A stretch of 64,000 nucleotides of DNA from NCBI GenBank assembly GCA_004764695.1, contig SMSO01000007.1, positions 1,495,270 to 1,559,269 of the forward strand. The letters are read 5' to 3'. The notes beneath the pieces are model-generated. The model was given only the letters and a program-made list of their open reading frames with translations. It did no database searches and was not told the DNA's origin. Origin of the DNA: Schizochytrium sp. TIO01 (taxonomy: Eukaryota; Protista; Bigyra: Labyrinthulomycetes). Below are positions 34,568 through 44,159 of the stretch, in pieces. Within the stretch, counting starts at the first letter, position 1, and the number at the start of each line of letters is the position of its first letter. The translations under genes and the position numbers were made by a program.

Positions 34568-34635
34568 GTTGCGCTACGCTTTTGCATCGGTGTTGCGCTA
34601 CGCTTTTGCATCGGTGTTGCGCTACGCTTTTTTTG
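34568..34635. promoter_or_regulatory. Three tandem ~24-bp repeats (GTTGCGCTACGCTTTTGCATCGGT) just upstream of kinase copy 1
   Basis: gttgcgctacgctttt occurs three times at 24-bp spacing; the paralogous site at ~36922-36963 has two copies. A regulatory role is inferred from position only. Confidence 0.55.
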
Positions 34636-34921
34636 GTCTGTGTGCATTCCCCTTAATCTGCATGACTCATTGCAGTGTTTCATTCCTCTTACTCTATAGT
34701 CTAAGTAGACTTTATATCTCTTCTGTTAGCTTTTTTTTCTTTTTTTTTTTCATGTGGAATATGCAGTTGCTTAATTTACTTTCCGGAAATGTGTGCGTAC
34801 CTGGTGGGGGTGAGTTCCCACCTCGTCCCGACGATTTGAAAGATTGATTCCAACAAAAACTTAAATCTTAAATGTTAAATGGTAGTTAAACTTTGCACGT
34901 TTGTTTGGGACTTTGTAATTA

Positions 34922-36808
34922 TTACTCAACAAACGCAAAGAGCTTGTCAAAAGCAGCATTATCATCTGCAATCATCTTGTCACTTGCTCCAACCGTTGCC
35001 ATGCCGAAGTCAATCACCCTCACCTCTTCAATGTGGTCTACGACAAAATTGTTCAACCGAATGTCATTGTGCGCAACACCATACTCGTGCACAGCTGAAA
35101 GTGCTACACGCGCCTTGTGCTTGATCTCACTGGTGATTGACGCTTTCGGTAACTGAGAAAGTGCATCACCGTGGTACGAGACTGCAATCAGTAAATCGTT
35201 GAACATGTGCCGTCCACCGAACAAGTAGAACGGGATGTGAATGCCCATCAGCGGTCGCAGTTCCTCATACACAGCCATTTCATTCTCGAAGCTTGCAATC
35301 GCATCCATCTTATACTGTCTAGAGTCGTTCTTGGGAGTCATAACTTTGGCAACATAATCGAGACCGAATGTCACTGTATGTGCCGAGATCGAGTACTGAC
35401 CCATCGGGTACTGCTTAACGACACCTCCAAGTCCGCCTCGATACGGGAACTGTTCAGCAGTGCACGGTAGCGAGTCTTGGAGAGCTTTCAGCTTCTTGAT
35501 CATCGATTCATCGCCGTCGCTCGTGGAAGTGGTAGTATTCATATTCTGGGTAGCACCCTTATTACCTCTACCTGTGATGCGCTTTGCTGCTTTGACCACT
35601 GAGGAAACAAAACTACTACTACCACCAGCACTTTTGCCGGAAAACATGTTGTACGAGTCTTGCCATTGGGTCATATCCTTGAGCAGCTTACCGTCAACAA
35701 ATGGAACAGAAGTGAAGATCTTTTCTCGTTCCACATCATTCAAATCAAGCTTTGCATTTTTCAACGCGTTCACAATAAAAGCAGCGTATGCAAGCTTGAC
35801 AGATTTTTCTCCTTTTTCAGTGCCATAAAACACCTGCGAAACAAGTAATGTGTTGTCTGGCTCCAGTCTCAGAAACCACGTGCGATCCGTCGTACTCAAG
35901 ACACCGTAGCGGACGCACATACGGAGCATGTGCACATAAACCTGTACAATAGGCGACCTGAAGTCTTTAATTTGGGCGTCCTCGTACTCTTCGACTTCCG
36001 TGAAGTGATACCAGTAATCCTTTAGATCATCATGCACGTGATCAAGAACAATTGGTTGGAGAACTTCTTGAACATTTACGTTTTCTTCAGATGCGATTTC
36101 TTCAGCTTTTTTGAGAACGTCAGCTCGTTTGACGGAGTTGGGAAATTTAGCACAGGCTTTGTGCTCGTGCACAATTATAGCGTATCGCGTACTGGGGCCC
36201 GTTGCTGGCATACCACAGTGCACGTCCACTTTGTCGTTGGGGTCATCAGGCTTAGCTTCTCTAGCGATCGTCCAATCAGTTCGAAAACCACTATGCGCGT
36301 CTTCAACGAAAAATTCCACACCATAACAATTGAATTCCTCGTTTGTATGAACAATATCACCTAAGAACGGATAAACGAATGAAGCGTGCATTACAGATGC
36401 ACAAAATGTTTCATTCGGCGTATTAGCATATCTTTCTGTATTGAAAGCACGGAACAAAACGTTTAAAACTTCTCCATTCAGGAGCCCCTCTTGACCATCC
36501 ATGATTTCTTCGATCCTCATTTCTTGGTTGAAGGTACCCCATCGTTCCACCGCAGAGGGTACTAGGTTAAACTTTGACTGAGCGCTAGCTGCCGGTGGAT
36601 TGGCATCTGTGAGGCGTTGAGTCGCACTACTAACAGCTGCAGACTCACCGTAATCATGAGTCGTACCTTCATGAGCCTGTGCTGAGGCCTCTATAGACTG
36701 TATCTCGGAGGATGCGCTTGGATTCCAAAGTGTTATCAGCATACGATCAATAAGCGGAAACTGACACAACGCCTTGTGTGCCGGTAGGAGCTCTACGTTG
36801 TACGACAT
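34922..36808 (-). CDS. PD-(D/E)xK REase-fold + protein kinase (Crinkler-like), copy 2
   Basis: Same motifs as copy 1 (RTDW, VHEHK, QVYVHM, YGVLST; VAK, HNDIRLNN, DFG); intact 628-aa ORF. Confidence 0.85.
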   Translation of the reverse strand: MSYNVELLPAHKALCQFPLIDRMLITLWNPSASSEIQSIEASAQAHEGTTHDYGESAAVSSATQRLTDANPPAASAQSKFNLVPSAVERWGTFNQEMRIEEIMDGQEGLLNGEVLNVLFRAFNTERYANTPNETFCASVMHASFVYPFLGDIVHTNEEFNCYGVEFFVEDAHSGFRTDWTIAREAKPDDPNDKVDVHCGMPATGPSTRYAIIVHEHKACAKFPNSVKRADVLKKAEEIASEENVNVQEVLQPIVLDHVHDDLKDYWYHFTEVEEYEDAQIKDFRSPIVQVYVHMLRMCVRYGVLSTTDRTWFLRLEPDNTLLVSQVFYGTEKGEKSVKLAYAAFIVNALKNAKLDLNDVEREKIFTSVPFVDGKLLKDMTQWQDSYNMFSGKSAGGSSSFVSSVVKAAKRITGRGNKGATQNMNTTTSTSDGDESMIKKLKALQDSLPCTAEQFPYRGGLGGVVKQYPMGQYSISAHTVTFGLDYVAKVMTPKNDSRQYKMDAIASFENEMAVYEELRPLMGIHIPFYLFGGRHMFNDLLIAVSYHGDALSQLPKASITSEIKHKARVALSAVHEYGVAHNDIRLNNFVVDHIEEVRVIDFGMATVGASDKMIADDNAAFDKLFAFVE

Positions 36809-37473
36809 TGCTCCTACCCTGACTCATCTCAACACACCCCAATCTGACTCGACTCAACTCTGCTCGCGATTCCCAAATTGAGGCTTTGCTTGCTCTTCTT
36901 TCTGCTTCGTGTTCACGTCACGTTGCGCTACGCTTTTGCCTGGGTGTTGCGCTACGCTTTTTGTCTGTGTGCATTCCCCTTAATCTGCATGATCGATTGC
37001 AGTAATTCCTTCCTCTTACTCTTTAGATTACCACATTCAACTTACATTCCTTATAACCTGTGTATATCCATAACTTATATTCTTCATGATTATACATAAA
37101 CTAGTTATCCCAAATCTATTCCTCTTAGGCTATAGGTGCCCGTTAAACAAGCGTATGTAGTTTATGTTTCCGCTTAGCACGTACTCATTTTAACAACATA
37201 TCATTCCCCGTTACTAGGTAAGGTTTGGGTACGTATAAGTCATTTCAGGGTTTTTGTATACATATTAACTCCTTATTAGGGAACTTGGAAGAACAGGATA
37301 AATGGTTTATAATTTATGGTACTAGTACATATCTATAGGACAGAGAGAGCGCTATATAATTAGAAGGTAGAGTCAGAGTCAGAGTCACTGGACAACGTGA
37401 GAGAGCTGTTGTTATTCTCTTGAAGGCTTGAAGTTTGCCTAGCCCCAAGCTTAATAGTGAATGCAGCTATAAT

Positions 37474-38440
37474 CTATTCGTAGGAGTTTGCATCTTCAAT
37501 TTTAGAGAAGTTGACAGTATCTTGTAAAACATCTTCAAAACTTAACATTTGCAGGTGTAGGTATGTCGCTGCAATGCCTGTCATCAGTAACTTCGAATGA
37601 GATGCGCAACTGGGGGGCAGAAGAGAGCTCAACTTTCCTAGTAGGCTCATGGATGTCTCCTCCAGAGAAGAGACCATCAATCACTGCCATCACGTAGATT
37701 CCACAATTATAAGAGTTCTCTTGCTCGCCATCAACAAATTCAAATTTCCACTCACCCAGGTCAGTTTTGATGTGCAGAACTTCATCAAGCAACCTTTGAT
37801 AATCCTCGAAACAAGCATGACCCAGAAGAGTTTTTCATTGGATCAAACGCAAGTATACGTCTTTGCACAAAATCCACAGTCATGAGATACCAATCCGAAT
37901 TTTTTAAAATCGGGAAAAGGACAAGCTTTACGCCATGAAGAAATTGATCTCACGATGAGCAATTAGACGTAGTATTCCAAAAGCTATAGCCACATCGTGC
38001 ATTAGTCAGCACCTTCAGGCCACCTGTACCCAACTTTTCAAATTACCCGTATCAAATTGTTTTCAAGCCTGTGCAGAGCTGGATATTTGCGAAACCTCTT
38101 TCAATGCATTCCACTATAAATTTTCCTTTTCGTAATCTGTAATCTGTAATGTTTTGGTGTCTGTCCTCGCTTCGTTCACCTCCTCAAATTCCTGTTCAGG
38201 CTCCTCGTCTAGATCTCTTTCAATCCCAATTTGGTCAAGGAAACACTCCAATATACTTAATTCTTCAGCACTTGGATCGACGGTTTCATTTCGAGAACGT
38301 TTTGAACCTGCGCCGCGAGCTTGGCTATTAATTACCTTGGTCTTGATTATCTCTTCTACAGTCTTTCTCACTTTGAAGAAATTTGGGCTTGGAGCTTTTA
38401 CAGTTCAACTCCTCCAATCCAACTCGCATGAGTGACTCGA
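37474..38440 (-). pseudogene. Disrupted Ulp1-like (C48) cysteine protease, probable DNA-transposon relic
   Basis: The minus strand at ~37928-37830 reads KLVLFPILKNSDWYLMTVDFVQRRILAFDPM, matching the Ulp1 'PI...HW.L..vD....I..fDS' pattern with the catalytic His replaced by Asp. In another frame ~37723-37690 reads QENSYNCGIYV (oxyanion Gln and catalytic Cys). Stops and frameshifts separate the segments. Confidence 0.7.
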
Positions 38441-39323
38441 CATCTAGTTTTACTAGCAATATATTAAAAGGCTAGATAGCGAACTCTCAGCTCAGTGGAG
38501 TGTGAGAGAGCTAAATCACAGTGACGTAAGAGGCATAGAAAGCTTTTCTTAGACAGAAAATGAAATTCAAAAACCTTGAAATGAAATTCAACTTTTTAAC
38601 TTTTCTCTCTAAACCCGACTGAGACTTTTAGTTACTGTGTTACATAGAGGCAGAAGTAATTTTATAGGCACTAAAAATAAAATTACCAATTTTTAATCAA
38701 AAAATCATGAGGTACACATGCTATGTGTCCCCTCCACAGAATCCATACAAATTTTTTCCGGGATTTGCTTGGCGAATAAATTACATAGCAACTTTTTGTA
38801 TGCCGTGCCTCGCCTGTTCTTTTTCTGTTCTTTTCCCCCTTCCCTGTACAAAAAACACCCCCCTGACGGGGATCTATGCAAAATTTACCGCAAAAGCTAA
38901 CCACCGTGGGGTGTATTTGAGCGAGCGCTCAAGAGGCAGTCCAATGTCTTCACGAGTTTCTTGAGAACGAGGGACCAAATCGACATCAGGATCTCCCTGT
39001 TGTGCCATCCCCACGTAGCGACCCTCAAGGCCGCTTGTACTTAAAGGCTGTGGCCTAGGATTGCTGCAGTTTTCGTCAGTCACAGTTTCACTTGGGCGGC
39101 TGGCTTAGCTTGCTCGGAGTATTTGGAGATCAAGTACTCTGTTCTGTCTTTAGTTGGAGGATAACCTAACGACCTGCTTCATCAAAGCATCGTTGACCTT
39201 TGCAAAGCACGTTCAACGTACTCTCAGCTTAGAGTGAGAGTGAAGATTTTTGTGACTTACCTGATTGGTTGGACCTGGGTTTTGCACAGAGTTTGGCCGC
39301 GTTAAAAATATAGCAGAACCACG

Positions 39324-40769
39324 ATGGAGGTCAGTGTTCCTGCTGCTCTGCAGCGCTCAAGTAAGAATAACCCAGAGGAGGATGGCATGGACGTAGACCA
39401 TGAAGGTCCTTTGGCTCGTGATACAAGCGAATGCAAATACACATATAATCGATTTGTGCTGCCTCAAGTTCGAAAGTTCACCGCACAATACTCCCATGTG
39501 TACCAGAAACGCATGACTGCTCTCAAACCGGTGGTGAAACGCGAGGCCCAGCGCCTCTGGGGTGAAGTAGCCTTTGTAGATCGAGTGATTGATCTTGATT
39601 CCTCAAGGCCCACCTGCGTTTTAGTAGGAACTCTTTATAAGATCCAGCAGCTGAAACCTTCGGTGCTTGATGAATTTGCTTCTGAGTTTAGTGGCAAAGC
39701 AACTGCACCCACACTTGACAACTTTTGTTCTGATGAGGATGAATTCGTGCTGGAAGACGAGTCTGGCCGTGTGAACCTTGTCGGTCTTGAACAAATGCTG
39801 GTTGATTCTCTTGTGAGCGGTCTCGTTGTTGCTCTTCAGGGCCGTCTTGATGAAGAAGGTCGGTTTGTGGTATCTCGGTATTGTTTTCCTGGCCATGCTG
39901 CCCAGCCTGAACGCCGCTTAGTGAGCAGCAAGCCAGAGAAGCAACGCTTTCTCATGCTTGTGAGTGGTTTGCGCATGGGTGCAGGATTCGATTCTCTTCC
40001 CTTCCAGCTGTTGACCGAGTACATTTGTGGCCACATCGGCAACTCTGCAGACCATAATCTTGAATCTGAAATTGTTCGCGTTGTTATTGCAGGTAGCTCC
40101 GTCGACATTCCAGAGGAGATGAAAACAAAGGATGATGCCACTGGGTCAAAGGAGAGAAAGTTCGGAAAGTCACGTGGAACTAACCAACTGGTTGAACCTA
40201 TCAAGCAGCTTGATTGTGCCCTTGCGGAGATCGCGTCGAGTATCTGTGTTGATGTCATCCCTGGACCTAGCGATCCTGTTAATGTAACAATGCCTCAGCA
40301 ACCACTTCACAAGTGTTTGTTTCCCCACGCTGGTCGTTTTCAGTCTTCTTTTAAGCTTACAACCAACCCTTACGAATGTGTTTTGGAGGAGGATGTCTTA
40401 GTTCTAGGTCACGGTGGCCAGCCAGTTCTTGACATGCTCATGTACACTCGTAATCGTTCTCCTGTAGACCTTATGGAGGAAACACTTCAATGGCGCCATA
40501 TTGCTCCTACCGCTCCGGATACTCTTCCTTGCTACCCGCTCACATCAATTGATCCCTTTGTCATGCAGGAGCGGCCCCATCTTTACTTTTGTGGTAACCA
40601 GACAGCATTCGAGCAACGTCTGGTTCAGAGTGAGCATGGTGGATTTACTCGTGTTGTTGCCGTGCCTGAATTCTCAAAGACAGGTCAAGTCGTTCTTGTG
40701 GACCTCAACTCTGAACGTCTTGAATGCACAACTATTCAGTTCGATGGACTTGATTCGTCGTCAGAGTAA
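39324..40769 (+). CDS. POLD2: DNA polymerase delta small subunit (POLD2/Pol31)
   Basis: QYSHVYQKRM, GTLYK..LKPSVLDE, LEDESGRVNL, LVSGL, IVRVVIAGSS, PGPSDP.N..MPQQPLH, TNPY, GQPVLDM, WRHIAPTAPDTL.CYP...DPF....PHLYFCGNQ, VPEFSKTG. Confidence 0.97.
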   Translation: MEVSVPAALQRSSKNNPEEDGMDVDHEGPLARDTSECKYTYNRFVLPQVRKFTAQYSHVYQKRMTALKPVVKREAQRLWGEVAFVDRVIDLDSSRPTCVLVGTLYKIQQLKPSVLDEFASEFSGKATAPTLDNFCSDEDEFVLEDESGRVNLVGLEQMLVDSLVSGLVVALQGRLDEEGRFVVSRYCFPGHAAQPERRLVSSKPEKQRFLMLVSGLRMGAGFDSLPFQLLTEYICGHIGNSADHNLESEIVRVVIAGSSVDIPEEMKTKDDATGSKERKFGKSRGTNQLVEPIKQLDCALAEIASSICVDVIPGPSDPVNVTMPQQPLHKCLFPHAGRFQSSFKLTTNPYECVLEEDVLVLGHGGQPVLDMLMYTRNRSPVDLMEETLQWRHIAPTAPDTLPCYPLTSIDPFVMQERPHLYFCGNQTAFEQRLVQSEHGGFTRVVAVPEFSKTGQVVLVDLNSERLECTTIQFDGLDSSSE

Positions 40770-41110
40770 GCCTCTCCGAAATGGAAAACAGCAAATGCCT
40801 TTGATTTTACTTTCTCACTGTGCCACTTTCACATCTAAACGCTGAACTATGTATAGCAACATACTATATCTTGACTGGTATTGAGATTGAGAAGCAGGCA
40901 CTCCTAATGCCTCAATCTAAAGGAGAGGAATGATTTATCTGAAGAACGAAGTTAAAAAAAAAACTTAGGATATTATGAGAAAAAAAGGAAACGTCTTACG
41001 CAAAAATGTTTAAATGGTTTACATTTGTCTGGCCTTAAGTTTGGCTGCGCCTAGCACTAAAATATTAAAAAAAAAATCTAAAAGTAGAAGAGGTAGGGTC
41101 TACTTTATTA

Positions 41111-42091
41111 TTACACATCTTGATTGCTTAAGAAAAGATCTTGTGGAGACTCTTCTTCTGAAAATGCTTCCTTTCTCTTTGATAATTCAGAACTGTCTTC
41201 CTTGTTTGAAGGTGCACTAGATTGAACACTTTTGTCCTTCTCAACTTCAGTAGTGACCTCTGACTCTGGTGCAGCGACCTCAGGAGAGGTGGGCTCCGAA
41301 GATTCGAAATCTTCTACTGGGGCTGGAGTCGAAGGAATATCTTGGTTCGCCACAGAAGATCGTAAGGATGGGCGGAGATGAGCATTATTAAGTGTTTGAG
41401 CCGCAGCATGTGCATTATCAGAGGGCGTAAATGCGGCGTCGATATCTGCTTTTTGTACCATGAATGCCTCTTCCTGGAATTGGTCTGAGTGCTGCCCGTA
41501 CATCTCAATGAACCCGAACGCATATAAAAGAATCAGGAGCGATAATAGCGTTATTGCTATGAGCACTGATCGAGGAAACCCGCGAAATCTTGAAACCGCA
41601 AGATCCTTTGCTGTATAAACGACTGAGAAGTTTGTAGCAGTAGCTGCTGCTGCAGCGCTCTCGGAGTCTAGCTGTGCTTTGGTCCTTTCACGTTGACGTC
41701 TCTCTGCCTCAATTTCGCGCAAACGCGCAAGCTCCTGGCGTTGCCTTGATTTAGCACCGTTTTTGAGCACGCGATCTCGAACCTTATGTTGAAGTGATTC
41801 ATCGGTTCTGCCAAATCTCAAGCTAATTGGTCTCTGCGAAGCTCTCAGCTTCTGCAAAACCACATCATAATTTACTAAACTGATTGGCACTTCATCAATA
41901 CACAGTAGAGCATCTCCAACTTGAGCGCGACCATCCCTCTCTACAGGTCCCGGAAGTGAATTTCCATCACGCGTAAACGCTAAGAGTACAACCTCGCCAG
42001 TTTCTAATTGGTCGAGCTGTACACCTAAAGCCTGATCAAAGCAGTCCACATCAAACCTTTCAAAGACTGGCGGTACGCTCACAAGTCCCAT
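41111..42091 (-). CDS. PDZ-domain, coiled-coil, single-pass membrane protein
   Basis: PDZ pattern ALGVQL...VERDGRAQVGDALLCIDEV...VLQKLRASQRPISLRF; R/E-rich coiled coil; TM segment VLIAITLLSLLILLYAFGFI; S/E/P-rich tail. Confidence 0.85.
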   Translation of the reverse strand: MGLVSVPPVFERFDVDCFDQALGVQLDQLETGEVVLLAFTRDGNSLPGPVERDGRAQVGDALLCIDEVPISLVNYDVVLQKLRASQRPISLRFGRTDESLQHKVRDRVLKNGAKSRQRQELARLREIEAERRQRERTKAQLDSESAAAAATATNFSVVYTAKDLAVSRFRGFPRSVLIAITLLSLLILLYAFGFIEMYGQHSDQFQEEAFMVQKADIDAAFTPSDNAHAAAQTLNNAHLRPSLRSSVANQDIPSTPAPVEDFESSEPTSPEVAAPESEVTTEVEKDKSVQSSAPSNKEDSSELSKRKEAFSEEESPQDLFLSNQDV

Positions 42092-44159
42092 CCTCGCTGC
42101 AAATTAGAGTAACCCTAAGCTATAACCCACCCTGACCCGGCTTCTCAGGCTTGCCCGTGCGAATGTCTGTGCCCTAACCAGAGTTGGACTATGCTGAGCC
42201 ATCGCAATGTATTTCTCATGCTTGTGCAATACGTTCCAAAATAGTTCCGCACTTGTTCCGGCTAGCTGTATTTCTTTTAGAAATGGATGTTTCTATAAAA
42301 TTTGCAGAACTTGGATTTCCTGTGGTAACAAAGTGGGGCTATTCAAAGGCTGTTCTTCAATCATGTCCTTGGATAGGTTGCACAAAAGGATGCCTCCTGC
42401 GGCGTCGATATCACGATCGACTTTGTGGGGCATGTGAAAACCTAAGGTGCTCCAAGCTTGTCGTGGATGGTTTTGAAGTGCAATCCTCTCGACAAATGAC
42501 CAGTCTACACAACTGGCAGCGGAGAAGCTCGGCTTTGTGAATGTGGACTTGTCGGAAGCCAACGAATAATACATTAGTCGAGCTGCCTTGATTTGGATCC
42601 ATCTGGTCAGCCCGTTGAGGCTTCACTTTAAGGCAAACGGATAACACCGTAGTTTTCATAGAGCCAAAGTGCAAGCTGGCGCCGAATCTCGGTAGTCCAG
42701 TAGGGCGCCCAAGCCTAGCCTGTTGAAGCTGATCCCTCTACCGATGTCTTTGCAGACGGCGGAGCTGTCTGGATAGGAACGTTGGAGGCCACCAATCTTG
42801 CATTTGCAATTCTCTCTTCACGTGACGGAGGACACTATGGAGTAGATCATGGTAAGGTCAGTGCTGCGTCCGGCCTCCACAATAAACTGCAGCCATAGGT
42901 GCCCTCAAAGTCGTCACTTACGTATATACGATAATCTCGGGGAAGCGCCCGAAGAACATTTGCTGAGACGCCAAACTTCCGGTTGAAGTACTTTGCTGGC
43001 TTGTATTAAAAGTTTGTTTCACTTGTAGTGTTTAGAGCTTGCTGGTTCCTTGGCCGTGCCATTTTCTTACCTAGCCTCCACTTCCTAAATAACTGGAATA
43101 CATCATTTATATGGAATAGACACTACCATTTGGAGTTTATGCAAGCTCTAACGTTTTCACAAGTGCAGCAGAGAAAACGGTGAGGTTATCAAGACCACTG
43201 AGCTGGAGCTTTGGAGTTATGCATAGCGTTAAGCTTGAGCAGCCTTCTATCTAGGTACTATATTAGAATGCAGTCACAATTGACTGAGCATTTTCTCTGT
43301 GAAACGAAGCCTCTCAAGCTCTGATGTATCTACGTGCAGAGAACCTAGTATTTGATATAGCCGATAAGGCGCGGTATGCACTTTCTTCTTGGCGAGGAAG
43401 GCAAGCAAGGAATGTAAGCACTAATCTAAGAATTAGAATCTGCCATTGCCTTGATGATGAAGATATATCTAGGTACTCTGTTTTGTTGCGATGAAATTAT
43501 AGCCAACATGCTGGATGAGACTACATCTTTAATACCCAGAGCCTTAGCACGGCAAGTGATGAACACCGAGAGCGAATAACCACGGTTATTGAGCTTATCT
43601 TCTTCTTTTTTAAATTAAAAAAACAAAAACATTTCTACTAAACTAAAAATTAAAAATGAACCAGCTCGTATATATCGATGAAAGCCACTTTTTCTAAACA
43701 TAATTCTTGGGCAGATACTATTAACTATTAAGGCCTTATCACACCCCTTTCACAGGAGAACGACTCACAAGCCCTGCGTTTAATGCACCTATTGTCAAAT
43801 TACACGCAACTTGTAGTATTGGGTTGAAAACGACCCCATCTAAATAACCAGAAAGCCGGCAACAGTGCAAAACACAGGCCTCCCTCACATCAAAATTTCT
43901 ACTCGCAATCATGATTTATCGCCCAATATCTTGCTGCTTGCATGTGCCTTCAGTTTAAGACTCAATCTGCAGTCTTGACGAGTCGCATTCCTTTTCACAG
44001 GCATCAACGATAATCAGCCTGAGGGTTATCCTCCATTAACCTGAAATAATCAATGCTAATTAGTAGTGAATATACTCAATTAATCATCGATTATGTTTCT
44101 TGCCACGTGCGCCGAAGGATTCCCGCAAACCCCAATTTTACGACCAGATACGCTCCACG

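Larger units (their letters stand above)
32455..37027. repeat. Tandem segmental duplication: unit 1 ~32455-34699, unit 2 ~34779-37027, separated by a T-rich spacer
   Basis: Shared left edge tttcc(a/g)gaaatgtgtgcgtacctgg, shared right edge ttcctcttactct(a/t)tag, near-identical non-coding DNA and paralogous CDSs. Confidence 0.95.

Noticed and set aside
34568-34635. Possible CRISPR-like array from the 24-bp repeats
   Set aside because: The units are directly adjacent with no unique spacers, there are only 2-3 copies, no cas genes are present, and the context is eukaryotic
31830-38600. Terminal inverted repeats or target-site duplication bounding the kinase island
   Set aside because: I looked at the AT-rich flanks and found no convincing matching ends by eye, and no transposase is visible, so I did not call an intact mobile element
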